DNA from: Promethearchaeota archaeon
Lineage (GTDB): Archaea; Asgardarchaeota; Thorarchaeia; Thorarchaeales; Thorarchaeaceae
NCBI GenBank assembly: GCA_014728035.1
Contig: WJMJ01000148.1
Location: forward strand, 85,228-149,227
Direction of reading: 5' to 3'
Length of the DNA: 64,000 nt
Under the pieces are notes generated by a model that had not been told where the DNA came from, did no database searches, and saw only the letters and a list, made by a program, of their open reading frames with translations. Positions 20,128 to 30,085 of the stretch are shown here, piece after piece. The translations under genes and the position numbers were made by a program. Positions within the stretch are counted from its first letter, which is position 1, and each line of letters begins with the position of its first letter.

Positions 20128-20705
20128 TCCGTTTTTTCACCTCCGTGTGCTTTATCAGAATTCTTGAGTTCTTTCAATTGTTTATTCACCCAAGCAAGTT
20201 CCTTCTGGAGAAAACGTTTGTATGATCTCAATCTCACAAGATTTGAACCATGACAGGACGGATCTTCACAGCATTGTCTAATGCTCATGAAAACAAGAGG
20301 ACTTCTCTCATGAAGAGAAGTCTTGTAGAATTCATCAGACCTGTCCTGACCAACACTCTCCAGTACTAAGTTGAGTATCTTCCCCATATGCTGCATACGA
20401 TAGCTGAAAGAATCAATTGCCTCATTGAGAACTTCTTGTCCCTTATCGGTTAGCTCATACTCTGTAGTATCAGGCTTTCCTTCTTGGGGGACTTTCCTTC
20501 CTTTGATGAGACCTTTCTCTTCCATTCGATGCAATGCAGGGTAGAGCGTTCCACTCTTTATTCTGGTCTCTCCTAGCCTTCTCCCAAGTTTTTGTAGGAT
20601 GGTATATCCATGCACAGGCTTGTCCTTGAGAATAGCAAGTATTAACAGAGATACCCAACTGATACCTCGCTTCGAATGCCTGCTTTTGACACGGGGACCG
20701 GACAT
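20124..20705 (-). CDS. PadR family transcriptional regulator
   Basis: LILAILKDKPVHGY, SGTLYPALHRMEEKGLI, YELTDKG. Confidence 0.9.
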   Translation of the reverse strand: MSGPRVKSRHSKRGISWVSLLILAILKDKPVHGYTILQKLGRRLGETRIKSGTLYPALHRMEEKGLIKGRKVPQEGKPDTTEYELTDKGQEVLNEAIDSFSYRMQHMGKILNLVLESVGQDRSDEFYKTSLHERSPLVFMSIRQCCEDPSCHGSNLVRLRSYKRFLQKELAWVNKQLKELKNSDKAHGGEKTE

Positions 20706-20706
20706 T

Positions 20707-20783
20707 ATGTAGACCTCTACTTATGTTGAACTCTACATAAGTCGAAGCTCAAAGATATATAAAGGTTATGTAGTGTTCTACAT
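20707..20783. promoter_or_regulatory. Three ATGT-N8-ACAT-type PadR operator boxes flanking a TATA element
   Basis: ATGTAGACCTCTACTT 20707, ATGTTGAACTCTACAT 20723, ATGTAGTGTTCTACAT 20768; TATATAAA at about 20756-20763. Confidence 0.75.
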
Positions 20784-20881
20784 ATCTCCCGTTATGCATA
20801 ATGATACATATCGATATGAATAAGTTGAGCATATCGGTTATAAGGATATTCACCCATTGTTTTTACATAGAATTGGAGATA

Positions 20882-22678
20882 ATGACGATGGCCAAGATAT
20901 TAAGAATCGATATGTCAAGCCTTGAACACAAATGGGAAGACATACCATCAAAATACGAGACCTACGCTGGTAGAGCACTAACTTCAGCGATAGTACATGA
21001 CGAAGTAGAACCAACCTGTCATCCTCTTCGAGCTGGCAACAAACTTGTAGTCTCTCCGGGATTATTGGCTGGCACATTAGCACCATCCTCTGGCAGACTC
21101 AGTTTCGGAGCTAAATCGCCTTTGACAGGTGGAATCAAAGAAGCTAATGCAGGTGGTCTAACTGGAACCAGACTAGCAAGGATTGGAGTTCGAGGAATAG
21201 TACTTGAGGGAATTCCTGATACCAAAGATGATTGGTACAGCATAGTAGTTGGAAAGGATAAATGTGAGATCAAAAAGACTAACGAATATGCTGGAATTGG
21301 AGCATATGAACTAATCGGAAAGATATGGAAAGAGTACGATTCCAAGCCTGGAATAGTAGGTTGTGGAATAACAGGTCAAAAATTATTGATGGGTTCAGGA
21401 ATTTTTGGAAACAATATTGAGAACAGCGATCCTGGAAGATATGCAGGACGTGGTGGACTCGGAGCTGTACTAGGTTCTAAGAGAGTTGTAGCTATTATTT
21501 CTGATGACACTGACGGAGAACGACCTGAGCCAAAAGACGAAGAGAAGTTTTCTGAAGGTAGAAAAGCAATGGTCAAGGCACTAAATGAACATCCTGTCAC
21601 TGGAAAATTGAAGGATGATGAAGGTAATGCCTTTGGTGCATTAAAGAACTACGGAACCAATGTATTGATGAATATCCTGAATGAAGGTGGAGGTCTCCCA
21701 GCATTTGGTTTTAGTAGAGGTAGATCTGATGTCGCTGCAAAAATTTCTGGTGAAGCAGTTCACGAACTTGTTGATAAGGTCAAAGAAAAGTTCGGAGACA
21801 AAACACCAGCAACATATGGACATCCTTGTCATCCAGGATGTATAATGGCTTGTTCAAATGTTGTACCATATGAAGATACAGGAAAGTTGCAGGTTAGCCC
21901 ATTAGAATACGAATCTGCATGGGCTCTTGGTACAAACTTGGGTATCGATTCATTACATGATGTAGCTGAACTTAACAGGCTCTGTAATGACCTCGGTCTT
22001 GATACCATAGAAACTGGCAATGCTATTGCAATGCTAATGGAAGGAGGCGTTATCGAATATGGTGATGGAAAAGGCGCAATCAAAGCACTTGAGAAAGCTT
22101 ACGGGGACGATACTCTTCTTGGTAAATTAGTAAGCTCAGGAGCTCAGACTGTCGGTCAGACTCTCGGAGTCACAAGAATTCCAGTAGTCAAAGGACAAGC
22201 ACTTCCAGCTTATGATCCTAGACCTATCAGAGGAATTGGAGTAACCTACGCTACCTCAACAATGGGTGCGGATCATACTGCAGGTTACACCATTGCTGCT
22301 GAAATTCTCGGAATTAAAGGTGATGTTTCTGATCCGCGAGGCCTCAAGAAAGCAGATCTGTCCAGAACATTCCAAGCGACTACTGCATATATTGATTCTA
22401 GTGGCTACTGCCTGTTTATCGCATTCGCAATTCTAGATGACGATGATGGATTCCAAGGCATGGTAGACACGGTAAATGCATACTTGGGTAAAGATATCGA
22501 CGTGACCCAATATGGTCTTGAAACACTCAAGAAGGAACGATCATTCAACAAAGGTGCAGGGTTCAGCAAAGAGGATGACCGACTACCAGAATTCTTCAAG
22601 AAAGAACCATTGCCACCTCATAATGTCACTTTCGATGTGAGCGAAGAAGAGCTAGACAAAGTATACGAAGGAATGTAA
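20882..22678 (+). CDS. aor: Tungsten-dependent aldehyde:ferredoxin oxidoreductase
   Basis: KILRIDM, KSPLTGGIKEANAGG, GRGGLGAVLGSK, CHPGCIMAC, EYES, DDRLP; start after GGAG RBS at 20882 or 20888. Confidence 0.92.
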   Translation: MTMAKILRIDMSSLEHKWEDIPSKYETYAGRALTSAIVHDEVEPTCHPLRAGNKLVVSPGLLAGTLAPSSGRLSFGAKSPLTGGIKEANAGGLTGTRLARIGVRGIVLEGIPDTKDDWYSIVVGKDKCEIKKTNEYAGIGAYELIGKIWKEYDSKPGIVGCGITGQKLLMGSGIFGNNIENSDPGRYAGRGGLGAVLGSKRVVAIISDDTDGERPEPKDEEKFSEGRKAMVKALNEHPVTGKLKDDEGNAFGALKNYGTNVLMNILNEGGGLPAFGFSRGRSDVAAKISGEAVHELVDKVKEKFGDKTPATYGHPCHPGCIMACSNVVPYEDTGKLQVSPLEYESAWALGTNLGIDSLHDVAELNRLCNDLGLDTIETGNAIAMLMEGGVIEYGDGKGAIKALEKAYGDDTLLGKLVSSGAQTVGQTLGVTRIPVVKGQALPAYDPRPIRGIGVTYATSTMGADHTAGYTIAAEILGIKGDVSDPRGLKKADLSRTFQATTAYIDSSGYCLFIAFAILDDDDGFQGMVDTVNAYLGKDIDVTQYGLETLKKERSFNKGAGFSKEDDRLPEFFKKEPLPPHNVTFDVSEEELDKVYEGM

Positions 22679-22687
22679 TGTTCCAGT

Positions 22688-22720
22688 TGGAGTGGGATTT
22701 TCCCATTCCATCTTCTTTTT
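22688..22720 (+). terminator. Hairpin plus T-tract after aor
   Basis: TGGAGTGGGA-ttt-TCCCATTCCA then tcttcttttt. Confidence 0.6.
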
Positions 22721-22754
22721 GTTATAACAATCCAATATAATGATGTGATAAAAA

Positions 22755-23063
22755 ATGCTCAACATCTATCTTTACGGTTGTCTGAGAAAATTAGTGGATA
22801 ATAGTAGAGTCACTGAAGACACTAAGATGGAGCTAGAACACATTGAAGGAGAAACCTTCATTCAACTTATTCATAGAATCGGTCTTGAAAAGAAAGATTT
22901 GGGTGACTGTTTCAGAAATGGCAATTTAGTCAAGGACGATGAAGTTTTGGATGATGGAGACCGCATTGGACTATTTCCATTTAATATGGTACTACTTTGT
23001 GGTGGACAACATTTGAAGGGGCATGGATACACTCAATCAGAAAAAGACGTGGACTATTATTGA
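22755..23063 (+). CDS. MoaD/ThiS-like beta-grasp protein with C-terminal extension
   Basis: IYLYGCLR...FRNG...LDDGDRIGLFP, then LLCGG followed by 19 more residues. Confidence 0.7.
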   Translation: MLNIYLYGCLRKLVDNSRVTEDTKMELEHIEGETFIQLIHRIGLEKKDLGDCFRNGNLVKDDEVLDDGDRIGLFPFNMVLLCGGQHLKGHGYTQSEKDVDYY

Positions 23064-23066
23064 GGA

Positions 23067-23315
23067 GTGAAAATGAAAGTTCAAGTTAAATTGTATGCAA
23101 CCCTTCGGGACTATGCTCCTAGAAAATGTGGTATTGGAGAGGCATTCCTCTTTGAGGTTAAAGATAATACAGTTCGAGCAATATTGGAAAAATTATCAAT
23201 TCCAGAAGAGTATGCAAGAATAGTAATGGTAAACGGTAGCAGGATATCAGATTATTCTTACAAACTTGATGAAAATGATCTTGTAGTTATTTTTCCGCCA
23301 ATAGGTGGAGGATAA
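23067..23315 (+). CDS. moaD: MoaD/SAMP-type ubiquitin-like sulfur carrier
   Basis: VKLYATLR...MVNG...LDENDLVVIFPPIGGG with free C-terminal GG. Confidence 0.88.
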   Translation: MKMKVQVKLYATLRDYAPRKCGIGEAFLFEVKDNTVRAILEKLSIPEEYARIVMVNGSRISDYSYKLDENDLVVIFPPIGGG

Positions 23316-23639
23316 TTGAAAATTACTACATATGATTCATTTGCATAATCCTTTTCGCCATACTTTCTGATTTCTGTATGGGATTATGATGTTTAGTCTT
23401 CTCTACGTTGTACCGAAACAAATTACATTAGTTAATTTGAAAATTGTTTCTTTAAACCTCATAATCCCTTTATCAGGAATTGGCTTCATGTTGTTAATCC
23501 TAATGGTGATTCTCATTCTAATGGATAGAACAACTAGAGTGACTATAACCCATCCATATATCCTGCTGAATCAGTCTAAAGAAATTGAGGATATTAAACA
23601 TAATAGCGAGAAGAAGAGTATTTGAATCATGAATACACC

Positions 23640-23933
23640 TCAGCTAATCAAGGTGACCGACCGAATCATTTCTTCTTCTTTTGAAACCTCTTTTAGCACT
23701 CGACTCATATATTCGAATAAATCGTCTATGGACTCTCCCCACATTGATAATTTAATACCTAAACTATCACCTACAATATCTTCAACCATCTTATCTAAGG
23801 TTTCACTATCATCAGAATACCGTTCATTTTTAGTTGGGCAAACTTGGACACCCGAGCGTTGTCCGTCCAGAAACGGTACTGGAACTGGCTCGGTCCTTTT
23901 CAGGGAATGTGTGTCTGGTGACCAGACCTTCAT
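23640..23933 (-). CDS. Hypothetical protein
   Basis: 97-aa ORF with GGATGA RBS-like element, downstream of the TPR gene. Confidence 0.55.
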   Translation of the reverse strand: MKVWSPDTHSLKRTEPVPVPFLDGQRSGVQVCPTKNERYSDDSETLDKMVEDIVGDSLGIKLSMWGESIDDLFEYMSRVLKEVSKEEEMIRSVTLIS

Positions 23934-24041
23934 CCTGTATCATCCCATATAACCTCCTATCAGTTCCTGTCCTACAATGTCCAAGTTTCCAGTAGCTGAC
24001 TGCAACCCATCACTTACTCTTTATTTGTGGCTCTAGGCGAG

Positions 24042-25541
24042 CTAATCAAGACCATATAGGTCTCCGATTTTTGTTAGATAAGTTACGAGCTCATCAGATG
24101 ATATGCTTCTGGGTCGTTCCCCCTCAGCTGAACCGACTTTCTCATACATCGTTCTAGCTTTCACAAAAGATTGATATCTGGTAAGAAATTTGTTCGCTCT
24201 TACAGCAATTGGAATGAATCCTTTTTTCTTGGATAAGGATACTACTCTCTCTAAGCGAGATTCTGTGCGGTTAGTATTTCCCTTAACCCAATCAGATAGA
24301 ATATTGATAATCATACCCTCTAGTTGCCAATCGCTTCTGTCAGATTCTTCAAGCATTTTAGCAAGTCTATCAATTCCAGTCTGTATTCTTTGTAGGAGTA
24401 TTTCTTCTTCTGTGACTTGATATACCTTAAGATACTGTTCTAGGAGAAAAACTAGAGCTGGATACAATTCGTCTAATCTCTCGTCACTTCTACGTACTAT
24501 TTCATCGTATAAACGTTCCAAACTCTCATTCTTTCCATCACCTGTTTTTGATTTCACATTAAGAATGAGAAGTTGAAATGGAATTGGCGATTCTGTCTTA
24601 GAATGAAATTCAAAGGCTTGATGCAGTATCTCAGAAGCTTTTTCAATTTGGTCCAAATATAGATAAGCTTCAGCTAGTACCGATAATGTTTCAACATATT
24701 CATATCCAAATAGTTCTGCTTCTTCATGAACTCTCTTGGATTCTAATGCGGTTTCTAACATAGATTCGTAATCAAGCAAGTTCTGTTCAACGAAGCTCTT
24801 CACAACCAAGGCCCAAGCTAATAGGTCCATCATCTGTTTTTCTCTAGCAATATCAGCAACCTGCTTTGCTTCAACCAGAGCCTCGTCATACCGTCCCATT
24901 GCATTTAGTGAATCAGCCATTGAATTCTGAATCCACAGCATTCCTCGGATATGTCCACCTTCAGAAAACAATTTTCTCGCTTTTTCATAATATGCTATGG
25001 TTTCAGAGTTGTTTCCCTTTGCCTTGTAATAATTTCCTGTGTTTGTTAGTGCTTTTGCTCTTAGAAGCGGAGCTTCTACCTCTGTATGCGTATCAATTAC
25101 TGATTGATAGCAATCCAATGCTTTGTCTAGATCATCAAGAGCAAAATAACAATTACCCATAAGCAAATGTAACTGTAACCAGATTAAATGGTAGTCCCCT
25201 TTTTCCGCCAATGAACTTGTTTTCTTAGCCATTTCTAAAGCTGCGTTGCTCTTTCCAGTAGCTATCAATGTTTGTATCACTAATTCGTTAAAACGGAGAT
25301 TGATTTCGATATCTTTTATTTTCTTAACCTGAGATCTCAACTGTTCCAAATCGTTTTGGATATATGTCATATCACCGCTCAATATCCGACTGCGAGCTAA
25401 TTCAATCCTAGTAGCGATCCCAATTTTATCTTCGGAAGGATGTTGTTTAGTTAGGCATTCAAGCATCGGAATACATTGGGTGTATTCACCAATTTCCTCG
25501 AAGTATCGAGCTTTTTCTAATTCTTCTATTGGCGTACTCAT
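24042..25541 (-). CDS. Tetratricopeptide repeat protein
   Basis: Repeated helical units such as LMGNCYFALDDLDKALDCYQ and ALTNTGNYYKAKGNNSETIAYYEKA. Confidence 0.85.
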   Translation of the reverse strand: MSTPIEELEKARYFEEIGEYTQCIPMLECLTKQHPSEDKIGIATRIELARSRILSGDMTYIQNDLEQLRSQVKKIKDIEINLRFNELVIQTLIATGKSNAALEMAKKTSSLAEKGDYHLIWLQLHLLMGNCYFALDDLDKALDCYQSVIDTHTEVEAPLLRAKALTNTGNYYKAKGNNSETIAYYEKARKLFSEGGHIRGMLWIQNSMADSLNAMGRYDEALVEAKQVADIAREKQMMDLLAWALVVKSFVEQNLLDYESMLETALESKRVHEEAELFGYEYVETLSVLAEAYLYLDQIEKASEILHQAFEFHSKTESPIPFQLLILNVKSKTGDGKNESLERLYDEIVRRSDERLDELYPALVFLLEQYLKVYQVTEEEILLQRIQTGIDRLAKMLEESDRSDWQLEGMIINILSDWVKGNTNRTESRLERVVSLSKKKGFIPIAVRANKFLTRYQSFVKARTMYEKVGSAEGERPRSISSDELVTYLTKIGDLYGLD

Positions 25542-25659
25542 CTGGAAAGCACCACACAGACTTTGTAATACTCAATGTAATAGTAATTGAAAAACTCTTT
25601 GAGAAAATACATATGAATCCAACTATAATTTTCACAACACATTCGAGGACTGATTAATA

Positions 25660-26109
25660 ATGAAGCGAAAAATTGGTAAAATAGCTGTAGATCATTTCAC
25701 ATCTGAATATAATTGTGCTCAATCTGTATTAATGGCAATTCTGAAGAATGAAGAGAAGATGTTTAAAGAGGCCATAAACATAGCTGCAGGATTTGGAGCG
25801 GGGATGGGATATCAATGTTCAAACTGCGGAGCTCTTTCTGGAGGTGTAATGGCAGCAGGAATCTTATGTGGAGAAAAAGGTCTATCAGTAAGAGAACATG
25901 CAAGATTGACATACCAAATGACCTCAGAATTATTTGATAAGTTCGAAGCAGAGTTTGGTACAAGAATTTGTGATGAACTCATAGGAATAGATATGCACAA
26001 TCCAGAGGAATTACAGCGTGCGCGTGACGAAAATATCTTCTATACAAAATGTATTACTTTCATTGAGAAAGTTGTAGAATTTGTTCTAGAACTAAATGAA
26101 GCCATATGA
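25660..26109 (+). CDS. C_GCAxxG_C_C family putative redox protein
   Basis: YNCAQSV, GFGAGMG, CGALSGG, ICDEL, KC. Confidence 0.85.
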   Translation: MKRKIGKIAVDHFTSEYNCAQSVLMAILKNEEKMFKEAINIAAGFGAGMGYQCSNCGALSGGVMAAGILCGEKGLSVREHARLTYQMTSELFDKFEAEFGTRICDELIGIDMHNPEELQRARDENIFYTKCITFIEKVVEFVLELNEAI

Positions 26110-26184
26110 CTGATTAATCCGTATTTCCGTGCTCTAATACATGACCTTATCTTGGTGTATAGTGAATAATATTTTGGTATCAAA

Positions 26185-26811
26185 ATGGACGTTTTTTCAC
26201 TACCATCACCAAAATTCCAAGGTAAAATGTCACTTGAAGAAACCATGAAAAGAAGACGTACTCACCGTTCACTAACTAACCAGGATATTTCTGAAGATGA
26301 TTTATCTCAACTTCTTTGGGCTACATACGGAATCAATGATACTCGAGACACTCTGGAAGAAGATGAATTCTATCACAGAACAGTCCCATCATCAGGTCAC
26401 TCGTTTCCAACTATAGTATACGTCGTCATGAAACAAGGTCTTTTCAGATATGAGGCTGAAAATCATGAATTGGTATTAGTCAAAGACACAGATTTCCGAG
26501 GTGAGCTCCCCAACGAAGGAATGTGGGAACCAAATAGATTGGCTATTCAAACTGCTCCATTAACAATTATTCTTGCTAGTGATAATGAGATAGCCTCCGA
26601 ATTATCTCCCTTTCTTGAAGATGTTTTAAAATACCAGTTTATTGAAATTGGACACTGTGCACAGAACCTTATGCTCCAAGCTACTAGTCTTGGGTTAGGT
26701 CTCACCACTATGACTAGTTTTGATCGTATTCACATCTACAGAACTTTGAAGATACCTCTGAAACATAGACCTGTGTATGTCATTCCCGTAGGTCATCCAA
26801 CAAAGGAATGA
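26185..26811 (+). CDS. SagB/ThcOx-type nitroreductase (FMN oxidoreductase)
   Basis: LPSP..MSLEETMKRRRTHR, LSQLLWA, RTVPSSG, EIGHCAQNLMLQA, PVGHP. Confidence 0.85.
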   Translation: MDVFSLPSPKFQGKMSLEETMKRRRTHRSLTNQDISEDDLSQLLWATYGINDTRDTLEEDEFYHRTVPSSGHSFPTIVYVVMKQGLFRYEAENHELVLVKDTDFRGELPNEGMWEPNRLAIQTAPLTIILASDNEIASELSPFLEDVLKYQFIEIGHCAQNLMLQATSLGLGLTTMTSFDRIHIYRTLKIPLKHRPVYVIPVGHPTKE

Positions 26812-26906
26812 TAGTAAAGAGTTTACTCTTTGCCAATATAATATCCTAGATTTTCTAGAATTGCCACCATATAATTCGCTTTGTTAGAAATATCAGAGTG
26901 CTAAAA

Positions 26907-27380
26907 TCATAGAAGTTGAGAAATCACACTGTCATATTGGTTATAGGGTCTTAGACCAGGTAACTGTCCTGCAGGTTTTCCATCTTTGAAAACAATGACC
27001 ATTGGAACTGATTGCACACCAAATTGACCTGTAACACGTGGATTCCTATCAATGTCGATCTTTGCAATAACAGCTTTCCCTTTGAATTCCTCCGCTAACT
27101 CCTGAATAATTGGTGCAAGCATCTTACATGGTTGACACCATTCTCCGTAGAAATCCACCAATGCAACTTTTGTCTGTTGGATAGTCTGCCAGAAGTTTCC
27201 ATCATTCAATTGAATTGGATATCCTTTGGAAAGAGGTTCGCGTACCTCTGGTTTAGGCTCCTTTGCTTTCTTTGCTCGTTCCATTAATAGTTCCATTTTT
27301 CTCCTTCTTATTGCTTCAAGTTCATCATCACTCAACAAGTAGCCAGCCTCCATAATTTCGTATGTGTGTTTACAATGCAC
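26907..27380 (-). CDS. trxA: Thioredoxin with archaeal-type N-terminal helix
   Basis: WCQPC active site, VQSVP cis-Pro loop, DDELEAIRRRK helix; true start probably about 27335-27353. Confidence 0.88.
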   Translation of the reverse strand: MHCKHTYEIMEAGYLLSDDELEAIRRRKMELLMERAKKAKEPKPEVREPLSKGYPIQLNDGNFWQTIQQTKVALVDFYGEWCQPCKMLAPIIQELAEEFKGKAVIAKIDIDRNPRVTGQFGVQSVPMVIVFKDGKPAGQLPGLRPYNQYDSVISQLL

Positions 27381-27490
27381 ATTCGTATTGAATCCGTATT
27401 AAATTATTCGCTTTGTGAATTTGAACAATTGCCTTCATACATCCAATTAATAACTGGATAAATCACCCCGAGAATGATGGAGGACCTTCA

Positions 27491-28438
27491 GTGACTCATG
27501 AAAACCTCAAGCATTACATTCTTCTGGTAGGTGCGATGTTCTTTTGGGGTGGAAGCTGGGTTTCAGCAAAGATTCTCGTAAGTATAGCACCAGCAATGAC
27601 CATTGGCTTCTTCAGATTTCTTATTGGAAGTGCCTTCTTCATCGGATTTCTCACAGCAACTGGAAGTTTCAAGAATGTGTTCAAGAGGTCAAATCTGAAG
27701 TGGATCTTTCTTGCAGGGCTGACTGGTGTATTTGGCTATGGAGTCTTCTTCCTGATTGGTATGCAATTCACTACAGCTGCACAAGGATCAATTATTGCAG
27801 GCACAAACCCTGCAACAGTTAGTATTTTTGCGCACATCATTCATAAAGAACGATTAGACGATAGATGGAGATATGTTGGATTTCTCTTAGCGTATCTGGG
27901 AATAGTCTTTGTTATAGGAATACAGTCTCTATTAGATTTTCATCTCGAATACCTTATTGGAAATCTGATCATTGTCTGTGCAATGATGGTATGGGGCCTC
28001 TATTCTTCAATTGGTAAGAAAGCAATGGAAAACATGTCCTCAGCTGAAGCTACAGGAGGAGGAATAATGATTGGATGTGCCATGTTTGGAATAGGAGCTT
28101 TCTTCGAGGGATTCTGGACGCTTCCTGCTATTGTATCAATTGATTTCTGGTGGAATATCCTCTTCTTAGGTGGTGCGGTTACGTTTCTTGGATTCTTCTT
28201 CTACTTTGACGCTATCAAGAGCATTGGGGCGACTCGAAGTGCAATCTTCATCAATCTAGTTCCGGTCTTTGGAACTCTACTCTCGGTTCTCATTCTTGGA
28301 GAGATTATTTACTGGACATTTATCGTTGGACTAATATTGGTGTCTATCGGAATTGTCACTATTAATTTTCCAAGTAAGAAGAGTGATATCAGAAAACCTA
28401 CCACTTACGATGAATCTATGCTCGTTACGGAAGAATGA
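27491..28438 (+). CDS. DMT/EamA family transporter
   Basis: About 10 TMs, FWGGSW, duplicated EamA pattern, NLVPVFG. Confidence 0.9.
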   Translation: MTHENLKHYILLVGAMFFWGGSWVSAKILVSIAPAMTIGFFRFLIGSAFFIGFLTATGSFKNVFKRSNLKWIFLAGLTGVFGYGVFFLIGMQFTTAAQGSIIAGTNPATVSIFAHIIHKERLDDRWRYVGFLLAYLGIVFVIGIQSLLDFHLEYLIGNLIIVCAMMVWGLYSSIGKKAMENMSSAEATGGGIMIGCAMFGIGAFFEGFWTLPAIVSIDFWWNILFLGGAVTFLGFFFYFDAIKSIGATRSAIFINLVPVFGTLLSVLILGEIIYWTFIVGLILVSIGIVTINFPSKKSDIRKPTTYDESMLVTEE

Positions 28439-28498
28439 TAATGAAATTAGTATTCAAAATATTAGAGAGAGGACAAAAACAATACAGGTGTCAAAAGA

Positions 28499-30007
28499 GT
28501 GACCGCATATAACAAACTGATGAGTCTCATAAAAGAGATCTATGTGCTAAATAGTGCTGCTGGAATCATTCAGTGGGATCAAGAAACCTACATGCCTCCA
28601 AAAGGGATTCGGCTAAGGTCAGAACAGCTCTCACTGCTTGGGATGTTAGCTCATAGAAAAATGACAAGTACACAACTTGGTCAATATCTTGATGAAGCAA
28701 TGAAGAATTTTGATGATTTTGACGAAGTTGAAAAAAGGAATCTTATTCTCTTCAAGAAGGAGTACGATATTCAAACTGTAATTCCAGAAGAACTAGTCGG
28801 ACAAATAGCCAAGCAAAGGGTTGTTTCTGTAGAGACCTGGAAAAAAGCTAAAGCTGCAAATGACTGGAAGATGTTTCAACCTGAACTTGAGAAGATGGTC
28901 GAACTGTCAGTAAAACGAGCTGAATTAACCATGGATGTCATTGAAGCATCCACTCCATATAATGCAATGATTGACACATTTGAGCCAAAAATGACAGCAG
29001 ATGCCATTGATAAAGTTTTTAGTGAACTTCGCGATGGACTTGTTCCCCTTACGAAGAAATACTCTGATATCTCTGCAGAGATTGACGATTCATTTCTTTC
29101 ACGAATCGTTCCGATTGAGAAACAGAGAATCATGGCAACAGAATTAGCAAACATAGCAGGATATGATACTACATCTGATGAAGCTGGTGGCAGAATAGAC
29201 GAGGTTGAACATCCCTTCACAACAGGCTATTATGATGATGTTAGAATTACCGTGAAGTACCATCCGGAGAATGTATCATCTATGATCTATGCTATTCTTC
29301 ATGAAGCAGGCCATGCACTGTATGAACAGAACCTTAATTCTGATTGGATGTTCCAACCAATTGGTTCCGCCTCTAGCTATGGTGTTCATGAATCACAGTC
29401 TAGATTTTTGGAGAATATGATTGGTCGGTCTCCAGAATTTCTCCAATATTATCTCCCACAGTTCAGAAATCAAACAGGTGGTCTTTTTGCAGATGTCAAA
29501 GATGACCTTCTACTCCAAAGTTTCAACTTAGTTAAACCCTCTCTCATTAGAATTGAAGCAGACGAGGTTACATATTCACTTCACGTCATAATCAGATTTG
29601 AGATTGAGAAAGCTCTCTTCTCAGGAAAAATAGATATTGGAGACTTGCCTCAATTTTGGAATGAAAAATACGAAGAATACCTCGGAGTACAAGTTCCCAA
29701 TGATAGTAGGGGTGTTATGCAAGATACGCATTGGGCATCCGGATACTATGGATACTTCCCGTCTTATGCCCTAGGAAATGTGTTTGATGGTATGTGGTTA
29801 AGTGCTTTGAACAAAGATGTCCCAGACTGGCGTGAAAGTGTCAAAGAAGGGAAACTAAATCCAGCAATGGATTGGATGAAGAAGAACGTACATCACCATT
29901 CAAATATGTACGATCCCTTAGACTTGGTCAAAGTTGTAACTGGAAGCGAAATGTCCGCTAAGCCCTTCTTGAAATACCTCGAAAACAAATTTGAGAAAAT
30001 CTTCTAA
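28499..30007 (+). CDS. M32 carboxypeptidase (Taq/Pfu type)
   Basis: WDQETYMP, HPF, DVRIT, HEAGH, HESQS, IRIEADE, QDTHW, GYFPSY. Confidence 0.93.
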   Translation: MTAYNKLMSLIKEIYVLNSAAGIIQWDQETYMPPKGIRLRSEQLSLLGMLAHRKMTSTQLGQYLDEAMKNFDDFDEVEKRNLILFKKEYDIQTVIPEELVGQIAKQRVVSVETWKKAKAANDWKMFQPELEKMVELSVKRAELTMDVIEASTPYNAMIDTFEPKMTADAIDKVFSELRDGLVPLTKKYSDISAEIDDSFLSRIVPIEKQRIMATELANIAGYDTTSDEAGGRIDEVEHPFTTGYYDDVRITVKYHPENVSSMIYAILHEAGHALYEQNLNSDWMFQPIGSASSYGVHESQSRFLENMIGRSPEFLQYYLPQFRNQTGGLFADVKDDLLLQSFNLVKPSLIRIEADEVTYSLHVIIRFEIEKALFSGKIDIGDLPQFWNEKYEEYLGVQVPNDSRGVMQDTHWASGYYGYFPSYALGNVFDGMWLSALNKDVPDWRESVKEGKLNPAMDWMKKNVHHHSNMYDPLDLVKVVTGSEMSAKPFLKYLENKFEKIF

Positions 30008-30016
30008 TTTTGAGTG

Positions 30017-30050
30017 TGGAGTGGTAGATCCACTCCATAACTCTATTTTC
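30017..30050. terminator. Hairpin between convergent genes
   Basis: TGGAGTGG-tagat-CCACTCCA. Confidence 0.55.
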
Positions 30051-30085
30051 AAAAAAGGAAAGAACAGGGAAAGTCCCTGTTTATA

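Noticed and set aside
23332-23625. Hydrophobic ORF 23386-23625 extendable upstream across a TGA at 23368
   Set aside because: AT-rich and without a recognisable motif; a spurious or decayed frame is more likely than recoding
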